From Zygnema circumcarinatum SAG 698-1b (lineage: Eukaryota > Plantae > Zygnematophyceae), in the NCBI GenBank assembly GCA_037447605.1, contig CM074811.1, positions 3,668,895 through 3,732,894 on the forward strand: a stretch of DNA of 64,000 nucleotides. The letters are read 5' to 3'. Below are positions 1-15,878 of the stretch, one piece after another. The translations under genes and the position numbers were made by a program. Below the pieces are notes generated by a model that searched no databases, was not told the origin of the DNA, and worked only from the letters and a program-made list of their open reading frames with translations. How positions within the stretch are numbered: the first letter of the stretch is position 1; each line of letters starts with the position of its first letter.

Positions 1-206
1 GGACGAATGATGTTATCTCCACAGCGGGTAGTCGTGTAATAGGTTACTTTCGTAGTTGGGTTGCCGTTGCTGAACGTGTTGCATCCAAGTTAACTTCCAG
101 GATACTACAGATTGCTGTGCGATGTGATGATGTGTGTATATGTATACCATCAGGCCTATGTTAGTAGTAATTCTGTGGAAGGTGTCTGTGGGTTTGGCCA
201 TCGCAG

Positions 207-3200
207 GAGGGGCAAACAGGCTGGGCAATGCAAGCGCTCTCGCAGCGCCTGAACGACGCAGCCATCGCAGGGCACCTGCAGAAGCTGAATGCAAAGGTAG
301 GCCGACAACTTTGTCGACTGTCCCATTCGTTCTGCAAGAAGACTAGGGGCTGTTGACGTTTGAAACATTTCGACTCCACGTACCGGCAACTCGAAGCACT
401 TCCTGACAACTGTCTCATGGAATTGGCTAAACGGTTCGAGCCGGAAACATGGGATTTCTGTGCTGTGCAGGCCGGGGATGCAGAACAGCTCCTCAATCAA
501 CAGGGCTCGGACCCAAATGAATTTTCCACTCTCTCTGAGCGGGCAAGGTTAGCTACTATGTCTGTGGACCCCAGATATTGAGTTTTGCTATAAGGGCAAA
601 ATTAAATGCAGTCGTTTACTAAGGGATAGAGATAACCGGTGTCAATGACTTGTTTTTAGCGTTATTCCATGACTAGTTTCCAAGGGCCTCTGAGGCTTGC
701 CCTGATTGATTATGGCTCGCCTTTGGTGACTCTCATTTTTCTTTTTCATTGCAGGCTATCGCAGCAGCTTGTGAAATTGAGTGAGGAGCGGCTTGTGCTG
801 CTCCTGCCTGATGAGCCGCCCAATCTTTCTGCGGAAGGCCAAGCAAAAGGTCGAGAAGAATCTTCTGCAGCTCATGCCTTGCATAGCATTCGGCAACTGG
901 CAGCTCAAATTAGTCTGCGACGTTCACAGGTCCAAGAGGCGAATGGTGTAAGCAACCATGGCTTTTTTGCGCTCAATGTTTTTCGGTTTTGCCTTTCATG
1001 TTGTGGGGTTCGCACAAGCTCATTTAATACAAGGAGGATAATGTAAAACATTGCTGCTGTACATTGTTGACTGTAACGTCTCGTCGACCAATCAGATCGG
1101 GAATACGAACTGTTTAAGAGTGTTTGTATCCGTATGTCACATATAGTGCCAATTTGGTTAGCACCTTTCTCTAGTACACCTTACATCCTTGAAGCTTCTA
1201 TTAGCAGAAAGTTTGCCGTTTAAAAAGTGAATAGTTTAGCAGGACCTAAATGCTTTTGTTGTGCGTCTAGCTTCAAGTTCACCCTTGACCAGTGTGAGAG
1301 TGTTTGGCATAATGTTACGAGCACAGCTGCCCACCGTAGAGCCGCCGAGTGCGCCTTCTCGAGAGGACAGCCGACAGCAAGCGATGCAGAAATCCCAAGA
1401 GCTGCAGCAGCTGGTGGTGCAGCTGGCGGATGAAGAAACTGCTCTTCAAATGCAGGTCCTTAAACTCTGCCCAAGACCATTCAAGGTTTCACTGGTCGTG
1501 CCCATTTGGTGTATGCTGACTCATCCTAAGACAGGTGTGGTCAAGGTTGCTACACACTCGAAAGAGAAAAAAAACGAATGGGTTTTAGCTTACTGATGAA
1601 TTGTTCGATCACTGCAGCTCGTGGCTGCAGAAAAGGAGGTTGAGCGTTTGCGAGGATCTCTCGCAGCTCTTGATACAAGGCGTCAAGTGTTGAACGCACA
1701 GCTTGAAGCTTCTGCGCAGGTAGGACCTCTTTAGGAGCCCACTCACAACTGGGAAATGAACGTGGGATCCCTACTTGTGTGACGAGCACGAACTATTGGA
1801 TGGGTCCCGTCCTGGGAGTGTTTTGGGGCACAGGCGTCCCGAGAGGGCGGCTTGCCATGTGCGCCTAACGGTGTTATGAGGCACAGGCGCCCCGAGAGGG
1901 CCGCTTGCCATGTGCGCCTAACTATGTTATAAGGCACAGGCGTCCCGAGGGGGCGGCTTGACATGTGCGCCTAACTTTGGGGTCTCGCAGGAGCAGGGCG
2001 CGGAGGCGGGCGGTCTGGAGGAGGCAGAGGGCGCCCTGCAGAGGGCGGGGCCCGCGGAGCGAGCCCACTTGTGGTGTGCGCAACAGCTCGGGGTGGTGCA
2101 CTCGCTGGAGGCCCTGCTGGTGCGGCCAGCGGAGGTGGGCAGCAGGGGCACCATGCAAGGACTCCTTTCAACTTTCAAGCTGTGGTGCTAGTCACTTAAC
2201 ATGAATGGGGCGACTCCGTCGCATCCTGTTCTTTCTGGTTCAATCAGTGGTTGGGTTTCAACTGTGGGGTTTGATGGTTTTGAAGATGCTCGTCGATCTC
2301 TTGTCTCTCTCTGATAAAGAAAAAGGCGATTGTGTATTTCACACTTTCAGGGGAGTAGTGGCAGCAACGACAGCGCACAGGAAGAGATGGTGTGTGGGGT
2401 CATGTGCCGCGCTGTGGTGGAGCACCTGCAAGCATTGGCGGGCTTTATGGCGCACAAACAGCAGCAGCTGCACGAGTGCGGGCCTTTCTCCCCTTTTCTT
2501 CTTTCTTTTCATGCTCTGCCGTGTCCTACTTGTTGTGGGTCGTTTTGTTCAGCGATCAATCCGTAATGTTTGTTCGTCTGTGTGAGGTACAGAGCTGGTC
2601 AACGTCTCCACTTCAGTCAGGCTAAGTTGGCATCAATGGAGGCTGATCTCGCACGCCTGCGTGAACGCAAGCAGACGCAGCTGGTGGGCTGCTGCCCCCC
2701 TCAGCTTGAGTGTGCCGGACTAAAATACTGCATACAGCGACTGCGTAGAAATGGAATTTCCTGCATCCCCATTGGATGTGAACAAGGGGATCAGTTCTTC
2801 GTTTTGTTGAGTTGGAGACATTGATGGAGTCGTGTGCTTTCTCAACATTCTTGCTTAAAGTGAGGGAGTCTGAATGGTGGGTGCAGGCCAAAGAGTTAGA
2901 AAAGCCCAGGGAAAGCTACAGCACCATGAGCAAGGTGAGGAAGGATGTCAGACTGCATCCCACAGATGATGTACCGTGAAAGCCTTTTTTGCTCACATAA
3001 TTCTTCGTTTGTGTTGTCCTTCACGTAATGATTCTGGTGGAAGACACGATCATCTTGAAACATAAACAATGACTATGCCTGTGTGTCAAGGGCGTTCATG
3101 TAGATACACCCATGACTCCACTTTCTATGAGCTTTCTATGACCTCGTTTGTTACTTAGGTTGTCAGTTTTCTTGCAGTAATGTCTTAAAGTGATGCGCAT

Positions 3201-5169
3201 GCAGGAGTGGGCTGCCCGAGTGGAGGCAATCCTGGCGGAGGCGGCGGAGGCGGAGGCGGCGCTGCAGCGGCCCGCTCTGCGCACAGCGGTGGCGCTGCTA
3301 CCCCCGCAGCCGCCCGTGCACCGCCTGCTCGGCCAGATCGGCCTCCTCCTGCACCAGGTGTGCCCCTACTCTCGCTACGCACACTCCTGCAAATCAATGC
3401 AAATCCGTCAGTCCACCGAGCTTCTCCAAGTAGGAATCGTCTAAACGAATTGTCCTGTAGTGATAACGCGCATATGGGTAGTATCCAAGTCCGATGGGTT
3501 ACATTTTGTCCATGGAGGCCAACTTGATGGAGACATGTGGAACAAAGTTCAGTTCTTGACGGGAGGGAGTAGTGGTCTATGCTGTTTTAGGTTGTCCACA
3601 GGCGCCATGCGCTTGACGTGCCAAGTAGGGAAGGACAGCGAATAGATCAATGGTTTGTTCGATCGTCAGTTGCGGAGCACAATCGATGGTTGACAAACTA
3701 TTTGATCTTGTTCATTGCCCTCGCCTTGTCTCCTTGTCTCGGAGAGGGATGAGAGGAGAGATTGCCCAAAAATAAAGATTGCCTGGTCATTTTGCAGTGT
3801 CCAATCTGATCTCTGAGCCGCCTCTGCAGTTTCTTTCTTTGCTAACCTCGCCACCTGTGTCCCTATCATATAGAAGATGGTCTTTCTGCGTTTACGTGCT
3901 GCTTGTATTGAAGCAGAGGTTATTTCCAAAACGTTTTCCTAGAACCTAGTGGTTGCTTTCCAAGTTTGCACTGTCCTGATACAGTCTGTGGGGTTGCAGG
4001 TGAAGGTGGAGCACAGCACCATACTGGCGGGCCCCCCTCTCCCATCCCCTGCAGAAGTTGCGGTAGACGCACCTCGACCCTCCCGACTAGTGCAGCGTCC
4101 CCAGATAGCGCCGCAAAGTTCTGCACAGGAGGTGCTTCTAAGCGAACTCTCACCTGCTCCCGCAGCTGCCTGCTTGCTGGTTTGTTGAGCCGGAAGCTTG
4201 TGACTTGAATGTTGTCCGATAGTTTTATGCTGAGGTTGCAATGGTTACTGACAGGCTGCCAACCAAGGGGGGCGAACTAAGGGTGGTCTCTGCTGTGTTG
4301 TTTGGATTGGCAGACTGCAGCAGGCAACAAAAGAGGGACTACATCTCAGAGAGGGCGGCGTCCAGGGCAGGTGCGACTCCTTGTGTCGGACTTTTGTCTT
4401 ATTTGCAATTGAAGGAAATGAACAAGTTTATTGTGATTGGGGTCGTGGGGTCGAAGTACGGGAGGAGCATTGCTGAAGGTGTAAAGAGAACGGGCGACTT
4501 AACTGCAGGGTTATGACTCTGCTCATGCGTTATCTTTAGAGACCTAAGTGATACCTGTATCAGAGCGTACTGTTGCTTGTCATATTTCATTCAGTGACGA
4601 AAAGAGTTTGGAAGCAGACCACTACTGGCATTTCCATAGGTGAATTTGGTTTCGAGACGACGATTGCATAGCAGGCTCGCATCCGGAATGGTTCCGCACT
4701 TGCACTCAGGAATGCCACTCAAGCGGAGGTTGTATGCGGTTTTGACAGAGTGGAGCACCGGCCAAAGTTCCGGAAAGTGCCGACCACAGTGTTCGCCAAG
4801 CAGCCAGCCATGGCCAGCATGCAATAGGGCCTGTAAAGGTGCGTCTCTACTCCCCTCCGCAAACTGTGGCAGTACAACCGTCCCGTCCTCCTATCCTTCA
4901 TGCATGCAACACAAGTGATCTGTGCTACGAGGAATACAGGCGGAATGTGAACGGGTCCGATGCAAGTGCAGCCTGAGGGGTGCACCGCTTCCATTTCCGT
5001 TGTTCTTCAGCGGCCGACCTGTCACTTTGTCAGGTGGCAGCCCCAGTCAGCGGCTTTCCTGACTCGGTGCATGTCCGTGCAGGGTGCGGCTGCATCCCTC
5101 GGGCCGGGTGAGCTGCCCGCTCCCGTGCCGCAGCTGGGAGCGTGGAAGGATCTCCGCCTTTCTTCATGA
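207..5169 (+). CDS. Unknown coiled-coil protein, about 14 exons visible, 5' end probably upstream of the window
   Basis: A chain of AG..GT-bounded open exons splices in frame: EGQTGWAMQALSQRLNDAAIAGHLQKLNAK (207-296) / AGDAEQLLNQQ.. / LSQQLVKLSEERLVLLL.. / ..QELQQLVVQLADEETALQMQ / LVAAEKEVERLRGSLAALDTRRQVLNAQLEASAQ / EQGAEAGG.. / AKLASMEADLARLRERKQTQL / AKELEKPRESYSTMSK / EWAARVEAILAEAAEAEAAL.. / VKVEHST.. / .. / GAAASLGPGELPAPVPQLGAWKDLRLSS*. The middle exons are rich in Q/E/L/A heptads. No family recognised; the last four exons are less certain. Confidence 0.55.
1827..1975. repeat. 53-bp tandem repeat, 3 copies, intronic
   Basis: Unit GGCACAGGCGTCCCGAGAGGGCGGCTTGCCATGTGCGCCTAAC.. starts at 1827, 1880 and 1933 with few substitutions. 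Confidence 0.95.
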
Positions 5170-5989
5170 GCGTTTGGAGGGGCCGCCATGGATCATCTGT
5201 CCAGAGGAGACAATAGCAGTGCATCCTGCCTTCTGACTGGCCCTTTTGGCCATGACGACGCCGGAGAGATGGGCAGGCTGCCCATTCCCACCGGACAAAA
5301 CAAAGGGTGCACGTGTCCTGTTTCAGAATAGCGCTAAATTTGTTGGAACATATTGCTGGTTCACATTTTAGCCTTATTGTATGCTTTCAGCGCGGTGAGT
5401 ACTGTTGACGAGAGTGGTCTAGCTGTTGGGTGTGTGTGGACTTTGCGGCATTCATGGGTTGTGTGTCCTTGGTCCGTGCTCTCCCGCGCGTGTTTCCATT
5501 GCAAGATGGCGCACTGCGAGCCTGGCGCTCCCCTCCATAAAGACGAATGTGTACCTCTCGCGCATCAAATTGCATGGGAAAGAGCAATAGCAACGTCAGG
5601 AAAGGCCCCCGAACTGCCCGGAGGGGGTGGGGCAGCACAGCACTGCGGTACAACGCGGCAGGCAAACGCTTCAATTCAGCGAAAAGACGAGGGGTTCGCG
5701 TCCTCGTGTTCCTTCCATTCCTTCCTCCCTCCATGCCCCTCCCTCCGGGGAAGCAACCGGAAGGCAAGGGTCCCTTGCACCCGAGGAGGCCTTTTCGTGC
5801 CGTACGGCGTGTTGTGTCACGTCACGTACGGCCCCTCCTATCAAGCAGATGGAAACGTTTTCGCCTGCCCGCAATTCAAATTCGGTCGCGTATCGCGCGT
5901 ATCGCCCGAGACCGCGCCGGCTCCGACAAGCAGCGCGGGGGTAGGGAGAGAGGGAGGGGCAGGGAGGGGAAGAAAGGGGGAGGGCGGTC

Positions 5990-6801
5990 ATGGCGGGCGC
6001 GCAGGCCGACATCAGCCGCGCCTTCGCGCAGAGGAAACCGCGCGTGCACGGAAAGGACCGGCTCGCGAAGGCGCCCTCCGGCTTGGAGGCGCAGGGCCGC
6101 TGGCAAAGCGAAACCGGAAAGTGCGATGCGGAGAAGCCTCAGGTCTCGGCAGAGCGGAGGTGGCAGCTGGAGGCAGCTCTGGATGAAGGTGAGAAGACTG
6201 CGTTAGTGAAGCTTCAGATTGGGTCTCATTATTTCCACGAAACGTTCTTGCCGAGGTGGGGGGGAGGGGGGGGGGGGGGTGGGGGGTGGCGTGCGCTCGT
6301 CTTCAATTTTACTTGGAATATCTGCCCATGTGGATATTTTTTATTCTTAAACAGCAGTTAGGCAGAGGTTGCGACTTCTCTCGTTTAGACAAAGAAGTGA
6401 CAAAGAATCGAAACTCAGGCCACAATCAAATGCGCGTTACTTTGGTACTTGTTTAGTTTGGGCTTTTGACGGCTGTGGAGGTGGAACACTGTTGCAAGCA
6501 CAGTCTCGGGTGGGTTTGACATGGCTTCAGCTACACGAGTTGCAAGACATAGACATCTTTTTTTTTTTTTTTAATGGCTGACAGCTGAACGTGCTCTGCC
6601 ATTTTAGATGCGGAAGAAGAGATGGAGGTTGCTTTGCGAGCATGGGACATGGACATGAGGTACGGGCCTTGCATCGGAGTCACCCGATTGCAGCGGTGGG
6701 AGCGCGCCAAAAGACTGGGCCTATCGCCTCCTGAGCACGTGCACGACTTCCTCGTCCACGCGGGGGCCACTCGCCACTGCTTGTGGGAGAATCGAGTGTA
6801 G
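5990..6801 (+). CDS. POLD4: DNA polymerase delta subunit 4 (p12/Cdm1 family), 2 exons (5990-6188, 6608-6801), 130 aa
   Basis: Exon 2 reads EEEMEVALRAWDMDMRYGPCIGVTRLQRWERAKRLGLSPPEHVHDFL..CLWENRV*, matching the p12 signature L..FD....YGPC.G.TRL.RW.RA...GL.PP. The phase-1 GT-AG intron joins in frame. Confidence 0.93.
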
Positions 6802-7715
6802 ACTGCTCCTGCAATCTGGACGCCTTAAAGGCGTCGATCTTTAATCTCTCTTCATTCAAATTCGGCTTCCCCCAGGGGTATGCAGGGGGGCTGTTGTATA
6901 GTCACATGGGGCCCTTTCTTCGGTTTTGTTGCCAACTGAACTGCTTTAAGTGACCGCCTTTCTCTTCTCGGCTGAGAGTCTTTAAATGCCGAAGGCCGCT
7001 TAAGCTCAGATGCGCACTGAACTTAGGTTGTAGCGTACCTCCAGCTTTCTAAAGCTATATCGTATGTCCAAAGGGCACTTTTATGGCTATCTATGCTGCT
7101 ATAGTTCCTGTAGGGGCGACTTTGCAATAGGAATTAGGATTGGGTGGCCAATTAGGGGAGCACTTGTTAGTGGGGCGACAAATGTTCCGTGAAATCGCAA
7201 AGTTTTCCGGCATTCACGTCAGGCATAAGTGGCGTGTTGTTGGAAGCTTGCACGCAGCCTTCGAACGACCTCACCAATGCCGGCATCCCTGTCTGTTCAC
7301 AAGTATGACGTGATGCTGAACAGAAGAAGCTTTTGTTGGAAAGATTTCTCCATGTGTTTGATGGGGACTGCAACACCCGGCCTATACAAAGCCGAAAGTG
7401 CACAAATTCAACCAGTACTGAACACCGCGCGGTGTAAAAGAGATGCAAGGAAAACAAAACTTTTGAGTGATGGCGTCGCAATCGAAGGAAGAAACCAAAC
7501 ACGGTCGCGGCTGGACGTCCAAATCCTGCCGCAAACCGTTTTTCCATATAAAAAAAAATCAAAATTTCACGGCTTCCGAGCTTCTAGATTGAGAGCACGC
7601 TCGCTGCCGCCTGCCGAGTCAAGTCCCAAGGACAGAAAATGCTTCAGATAACCAAATCATTCGCACCCAAAAAAAAAAACCTTCTGCCGACGATTTATTG
7701 CACGGATCCAGCCGC

Positions 7716-11968
<4,253 letters not shown>

Positions 11969-12336
11969 GGCCACGGCCGTGTATGGCCTCCTCGAGCGAG
12001 TGGCGTCAGCGAGCGATGGCCTCCCTCCCTCCCTCTCCCGCGTCGCCTGTAGCGGGCGCATCGTATCGTATCGGAATGCGCAATTCCTTTTGTATCGTTT
12101 CGTATCGGTCTGTATCTATCGTACCGCGGCGAGGTGGGCAGGCGCAACTCCCCGCGCGCGGCGCGGAGCGGAGCGGATGGGCCCGCCGGCGGCCATGGCT
12201 GCACCTCCGGATGCGGCGCAGCCCGCCATGACGCCCGCCTCCCTCGCCCCTTCACGCCTGCCGAGCACCGCTGCAGGAGGCGTCCTCTGGGGCCCGCTGC
12301 TAAATAATGCAGCCATAGTGGCCAGGGCGTCACGGC

Positions 12337-14123
12337 ATGGAGTCCACCGGCAGCAGCAGCAGCAGCGCGACAGCTCTGAACCTGAGCGATGAGTGGGAGG
12401 CGGCGTATCGGCCGCTGCCGGCGCTTTTCCTTGGCTTCTTCTTCACCTGGGCGCTGCTCCTCGCCGCCTGGGTGGCACACACTTGGCTTAAGCGCCGCTG
12501 GCAGGTCGCTTCTCCGCCTTCTCCACTGCGAGGGGGGGCATCTGCGCTCACTGCACGCACTGCTCGCTGGTGGGGCGGGTGTAGAAGCTCTCTCGTGAAA
12601 TTTTTAGTCGCTTGTGTGGCTGTCATTTCGACCAGGCTATGTTCCATCTAAATCTACACACGGTTCCTAGCTTGTAGGAACGCTCAGGTGATCTTGCTCA
12701 ATGGCGAACGTCTTAAGGAAAGAGATCGTCCAAACGGCGTGGCTTGTGCGTCCTGTCGGTGCTACTGAAACGCTGAAACGCGAGAATCAGATAGACGCGT
12801 GACAGCAACCGTCCTAACGTGTTACATCCATGGCGGGGTCCGTCAGCGCCGACTCAGAGTGGATGCTGTTGTGCAGCCTGTGTGCATTCTGTAGCCAACA
12901 AGTTCCAAAGACATAAGGGTTATCTCCTATTGCATTTCTCATTCTGTCTCCGCACAAACACTCTGAACGGAGTGACCGAGTCATGTAGGCGTAAGCCCCA
13001 TTTCCGAAGTAATGTATGCGAGATCAGACTACAAATTAGCCCTGGCGATTGTTGGGACTAGGAGTTCAGATCTTTTGATTCGTACTACTAGTAGTGCCAA
13101 ATTGACAGTTGCAAAGATGGTCTAGTTAGCTCTCTCTATATTCCTCACAGGCCTCCCTCGCTGGGAGGGGCAGCAAACCATGGAAAACGCCACCTTAGCG
13201 ATTGCCCTCCTTTTGCGCGTGCAGAGCGCCGACCTGCAGTGGGCTCTCACTGCAGTGCCTCTCCTTAAGACCATCGTGCTCGGCCTCTCATTCTTCTTCT
13301 GGTAAGCGCTCCCCCTCGCCATAACCTCACACTGCGAGAGCCGCGAATAGGACACGCAGCGGGGAGGCGGATAGCACCGCACTCTCCATTCTGCTGCCCC
13401 CCAGGAAAAAGCTTTGCCACCCCACGCGCAGTGCATATGAGAGTGCCGTGCTGCAGTCCTCAGTAGCGCTGCGGATGGGCAGACGGCTTGCATGAGGACG
13501 AAGCGGAGTGAGCGGGTGGCAGGCGCTCGTGTCTTCGTGTCGGCGCGTGTTCGTTTTGGGTTGCTTTCGGCCTGTTCGTGGGGCGGCTCTTCTTGGAGAC
13601 CTCGCTCCTCCTCGCGGCGCTGCTCATCGCGGAGGGCCTCTGCGTCACGCGGCCGCACCTCGCGCCCGCACAGCGCCGCACCATTGCGGGTGCGCCCCCC
13701 TCCCTCCAACCCGCCCGGGAGACGACTGGGGGAATGGCCGGGGTCATGTTTCAGAGGTCACACCGCAACTCGGGGGGTGCGGCTTCACGCACCCCTCCGC
13801 TGCAATCTGGAAATGTAATGCAAAGGAGTTCGAGTGAACCAAAGCTGAAAGCCGGGGAGCCGAAACGAGAGAAACACCTCTTTGCACTTGTTGCACGGAA
13901 GTGCGCAGTTGCAGATCCTCACTTCAATTGAGAGACGGTGCTGCGACAAAAGTGAGCCTTCGGAGCCATCTCATACCGCATTGTTTCGTCTTGCAGGTTT
14001 TGTGTCTTTGCTGTACCTCACTCTGACAGGCTACAAGGCCGCTGTGCCCCGGTTCTCTGTGAGTTTTCCAGCCCCCCCCAGCGGCAGGAGCGTGTTCTCC
14101 ACCAGCCCTGCCCGCTGAGCAGC

Positions 14124-14170
<47 letters not shown>

Positions 14171-15878
14171 TGGATGGATGGGTGGGGCAGGCGGCGGCGG
14201 GCGGCGCTGCCTATGCGGCGCTGCTTGTGGGCGGGGCCCTGCGCGCGCACCGTACGGCCGCGCGGCTAAGGGAGGAGGTCGCGGCGGCGGGGGAGCCCGC
14301 CCTGCGCGCGGCGCTGCTCGCCAAGTGCGGCATGTTCCGGTGTGCGGCCGTCTGCTCATATTCAATTTGCGTGTGCTGCCTTTTGCATCGGCACCCATTC
14401 AAAGGTTTGGTCTTTAGAAGGGACGCGTGCTGGAGGGTGTGCAGAAGGTACCAAGTGGCGATGCTGGCGCTTGTTCTCTTGGTACGCGCAATGCCTCCTC
14501 GAGAGCGTTTTCTGGCATGTTATATGTCGTCTATGCTCGTCCGGCCGATCAAGCTTTTTGTCATGGCATCATGTTGCCACGTACTCGACAAGGGTTCTCC
14601 TCATTTCCATGTCCTCATTTCCTACTTTCGTTGGCTGCGCCCGAGATTTTCCTCACGTGCAACACGAAGTCCCTTTTCGAATGCAGATGCATGCTGGCAG
14701 CGACAAACCCGGGAAGTACTGGGTGCGCCTGCTGCTGAGGGAGCTGCTCGAGACTGCCATCGTCGTCTTCATCGGGTGAGAGGCAGAGACCTGTCCTCCC
14801 AGGCCTGCGCAATAAGGCATCTTTGCTAGACATTTTCTTTTTGTGCTAGCGAATCAGCCCTTGCACCCCTGAAACTAAGGCCCCGAGTCGCTTTTGTCAG
14901 AAGCTATGGTTGAGCAGCTATGGTTGGTCGTGCTCTGCCTCCTGCAGGTGGACTTTCCGCGCTCGTGCGGGCGCCCCCGCGCTGCCCTGCGCTGCGCCCC
15001 CGCCCCTCCACACGGTGGTACGCGCCAAGCCGCTTCTGAAGGGGAGGGGGGGGGGGAGGGGGCAGAGGGGAGGGATGGGGGAGGGGNNNNNNNNNNGGGG
15101 CTGCGAAGGCTGAGCTTGGGCGTTTTGGGGCGCAGGAAGTGGACGCGGTGGACTTCCAAGGCCTGCAGCAGAAGCAGTGGCAGATTGGCATGGTAGGCGC
15201 CCCTGCACTCGCTCGGCCTTGCTTGCGCTATGTCGCCATGCGGACCCCGCCAGTCACGCAAGCCGTATCTTGTACTCAAGGAAGCTCAGGCGGACGTTTC
15301 CGACAGTAGGAAAGGCTGTTCTAGAAATCAAGCCTGTACTTGTTCTTCTTGGTCTTTATCGTAAATGTTGTGCTCTGATGCGAGGTGTTGACGTGTGACG
15401 TGTGGCGCAGCCTGTTTCATCTCAAGCTTCAGGCTCATTCCTCCTCGTCATCATCCAGAATCCGGGCAGAGAGGCGGCGGGGAGGGAGGGTGGCCGCTCC
15501 CTCGGAGGAGCTGCCACGCCCGCCACCACTTCCTTCTCGCAGGACGAGGCGGTGGCGGCAACCTGCTGTGGACGGTCACAGGGCGCCATGGCTGAGGAGG
15601 AGGAGGAGGAGGAGGAGGAGGAGGAGGAGGAGATGGGAATCGCTTCGCTAGGAGAAGACGAGTTCTGCAGTGAAAGGGGGGTGTCAGGCGAGGGGAGGGC
15701 AACAACAAAACACAAACCTAAACACAAGTTCTGCAACCTGCAGAACTTGTGTTTAGGTGGCGCCTTGAGCCTTGAGCCTTGCGCTTCTGCTGCGGAGATG
15801 GGCGCCGCCGGCCGTGAAGGGAGGGGGGAGTCGCGCGTGAACCTGCACGGTTCGCCGCACGGCACCCTGCGGTGGTGA
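12337..15878 (+). CDS. Seven-transmembrane protein of GPR107/GPR108 (lung-7TM / GOST)-like type, lacking a large luminal N-domain; about 10 exons
   Basis: Spliced peptide: ..YRPLPALFLGFFFTWALLLAAWVAHTWLKRRWQ / SADLQWALTAVPLLKTIVLGLSFFFW / RSCLRVGACSFWVAFGLFVGRLFLETSLLLAALLIAEGLC / FVSLLYLTLTGYKAAVPRFS / ..LLAKCGMFR / RYQVAMLALVLL / ..KYWVRLLLRELLETAIVVFIG / WTFRAR.. / EVDAVDFQGLQQKQWQIGM / PVSSQASGSFLLVIIQNP..poly-E. There are seven hydrophobic segments. TM1-2 (PLP.L...F......W...L.KRR...W.L.A.P..K) and TM7 (E.A.......G..FR) resemble GPR107 as I recall it. Confidence 0.75.
14124..14168. repeat. (ATG)15 microsatellite followed by (GATG)n, intronic
   Basis: Read directly; lies in intron 14059-14190. 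Confidence 0.97.
15087..15096. other. Assembly gap (10 N) within a G-rich intron
   Basis: N run. Confidence 1.
15594..15629 (+). repeat. (GAG)12 coding trinucleotide repeat (poly-Glu)
   Basis: In frame in the last exon of the 7-TM gene. Confidence 0.9.

Noticed and set aside
1827-1975. CRISPR-like array
   Set aside because: Units are contiguous with no unique spacers, the context is eukaryotic and intronic, and there are no cas genes.
5353-6186. 277-aa plus-strand ORF and overlapping ORFs
   Set aside because: They run through the GC-rich POLD4 promoter and exon 1 in the wrong frame, with no recognisable motif.
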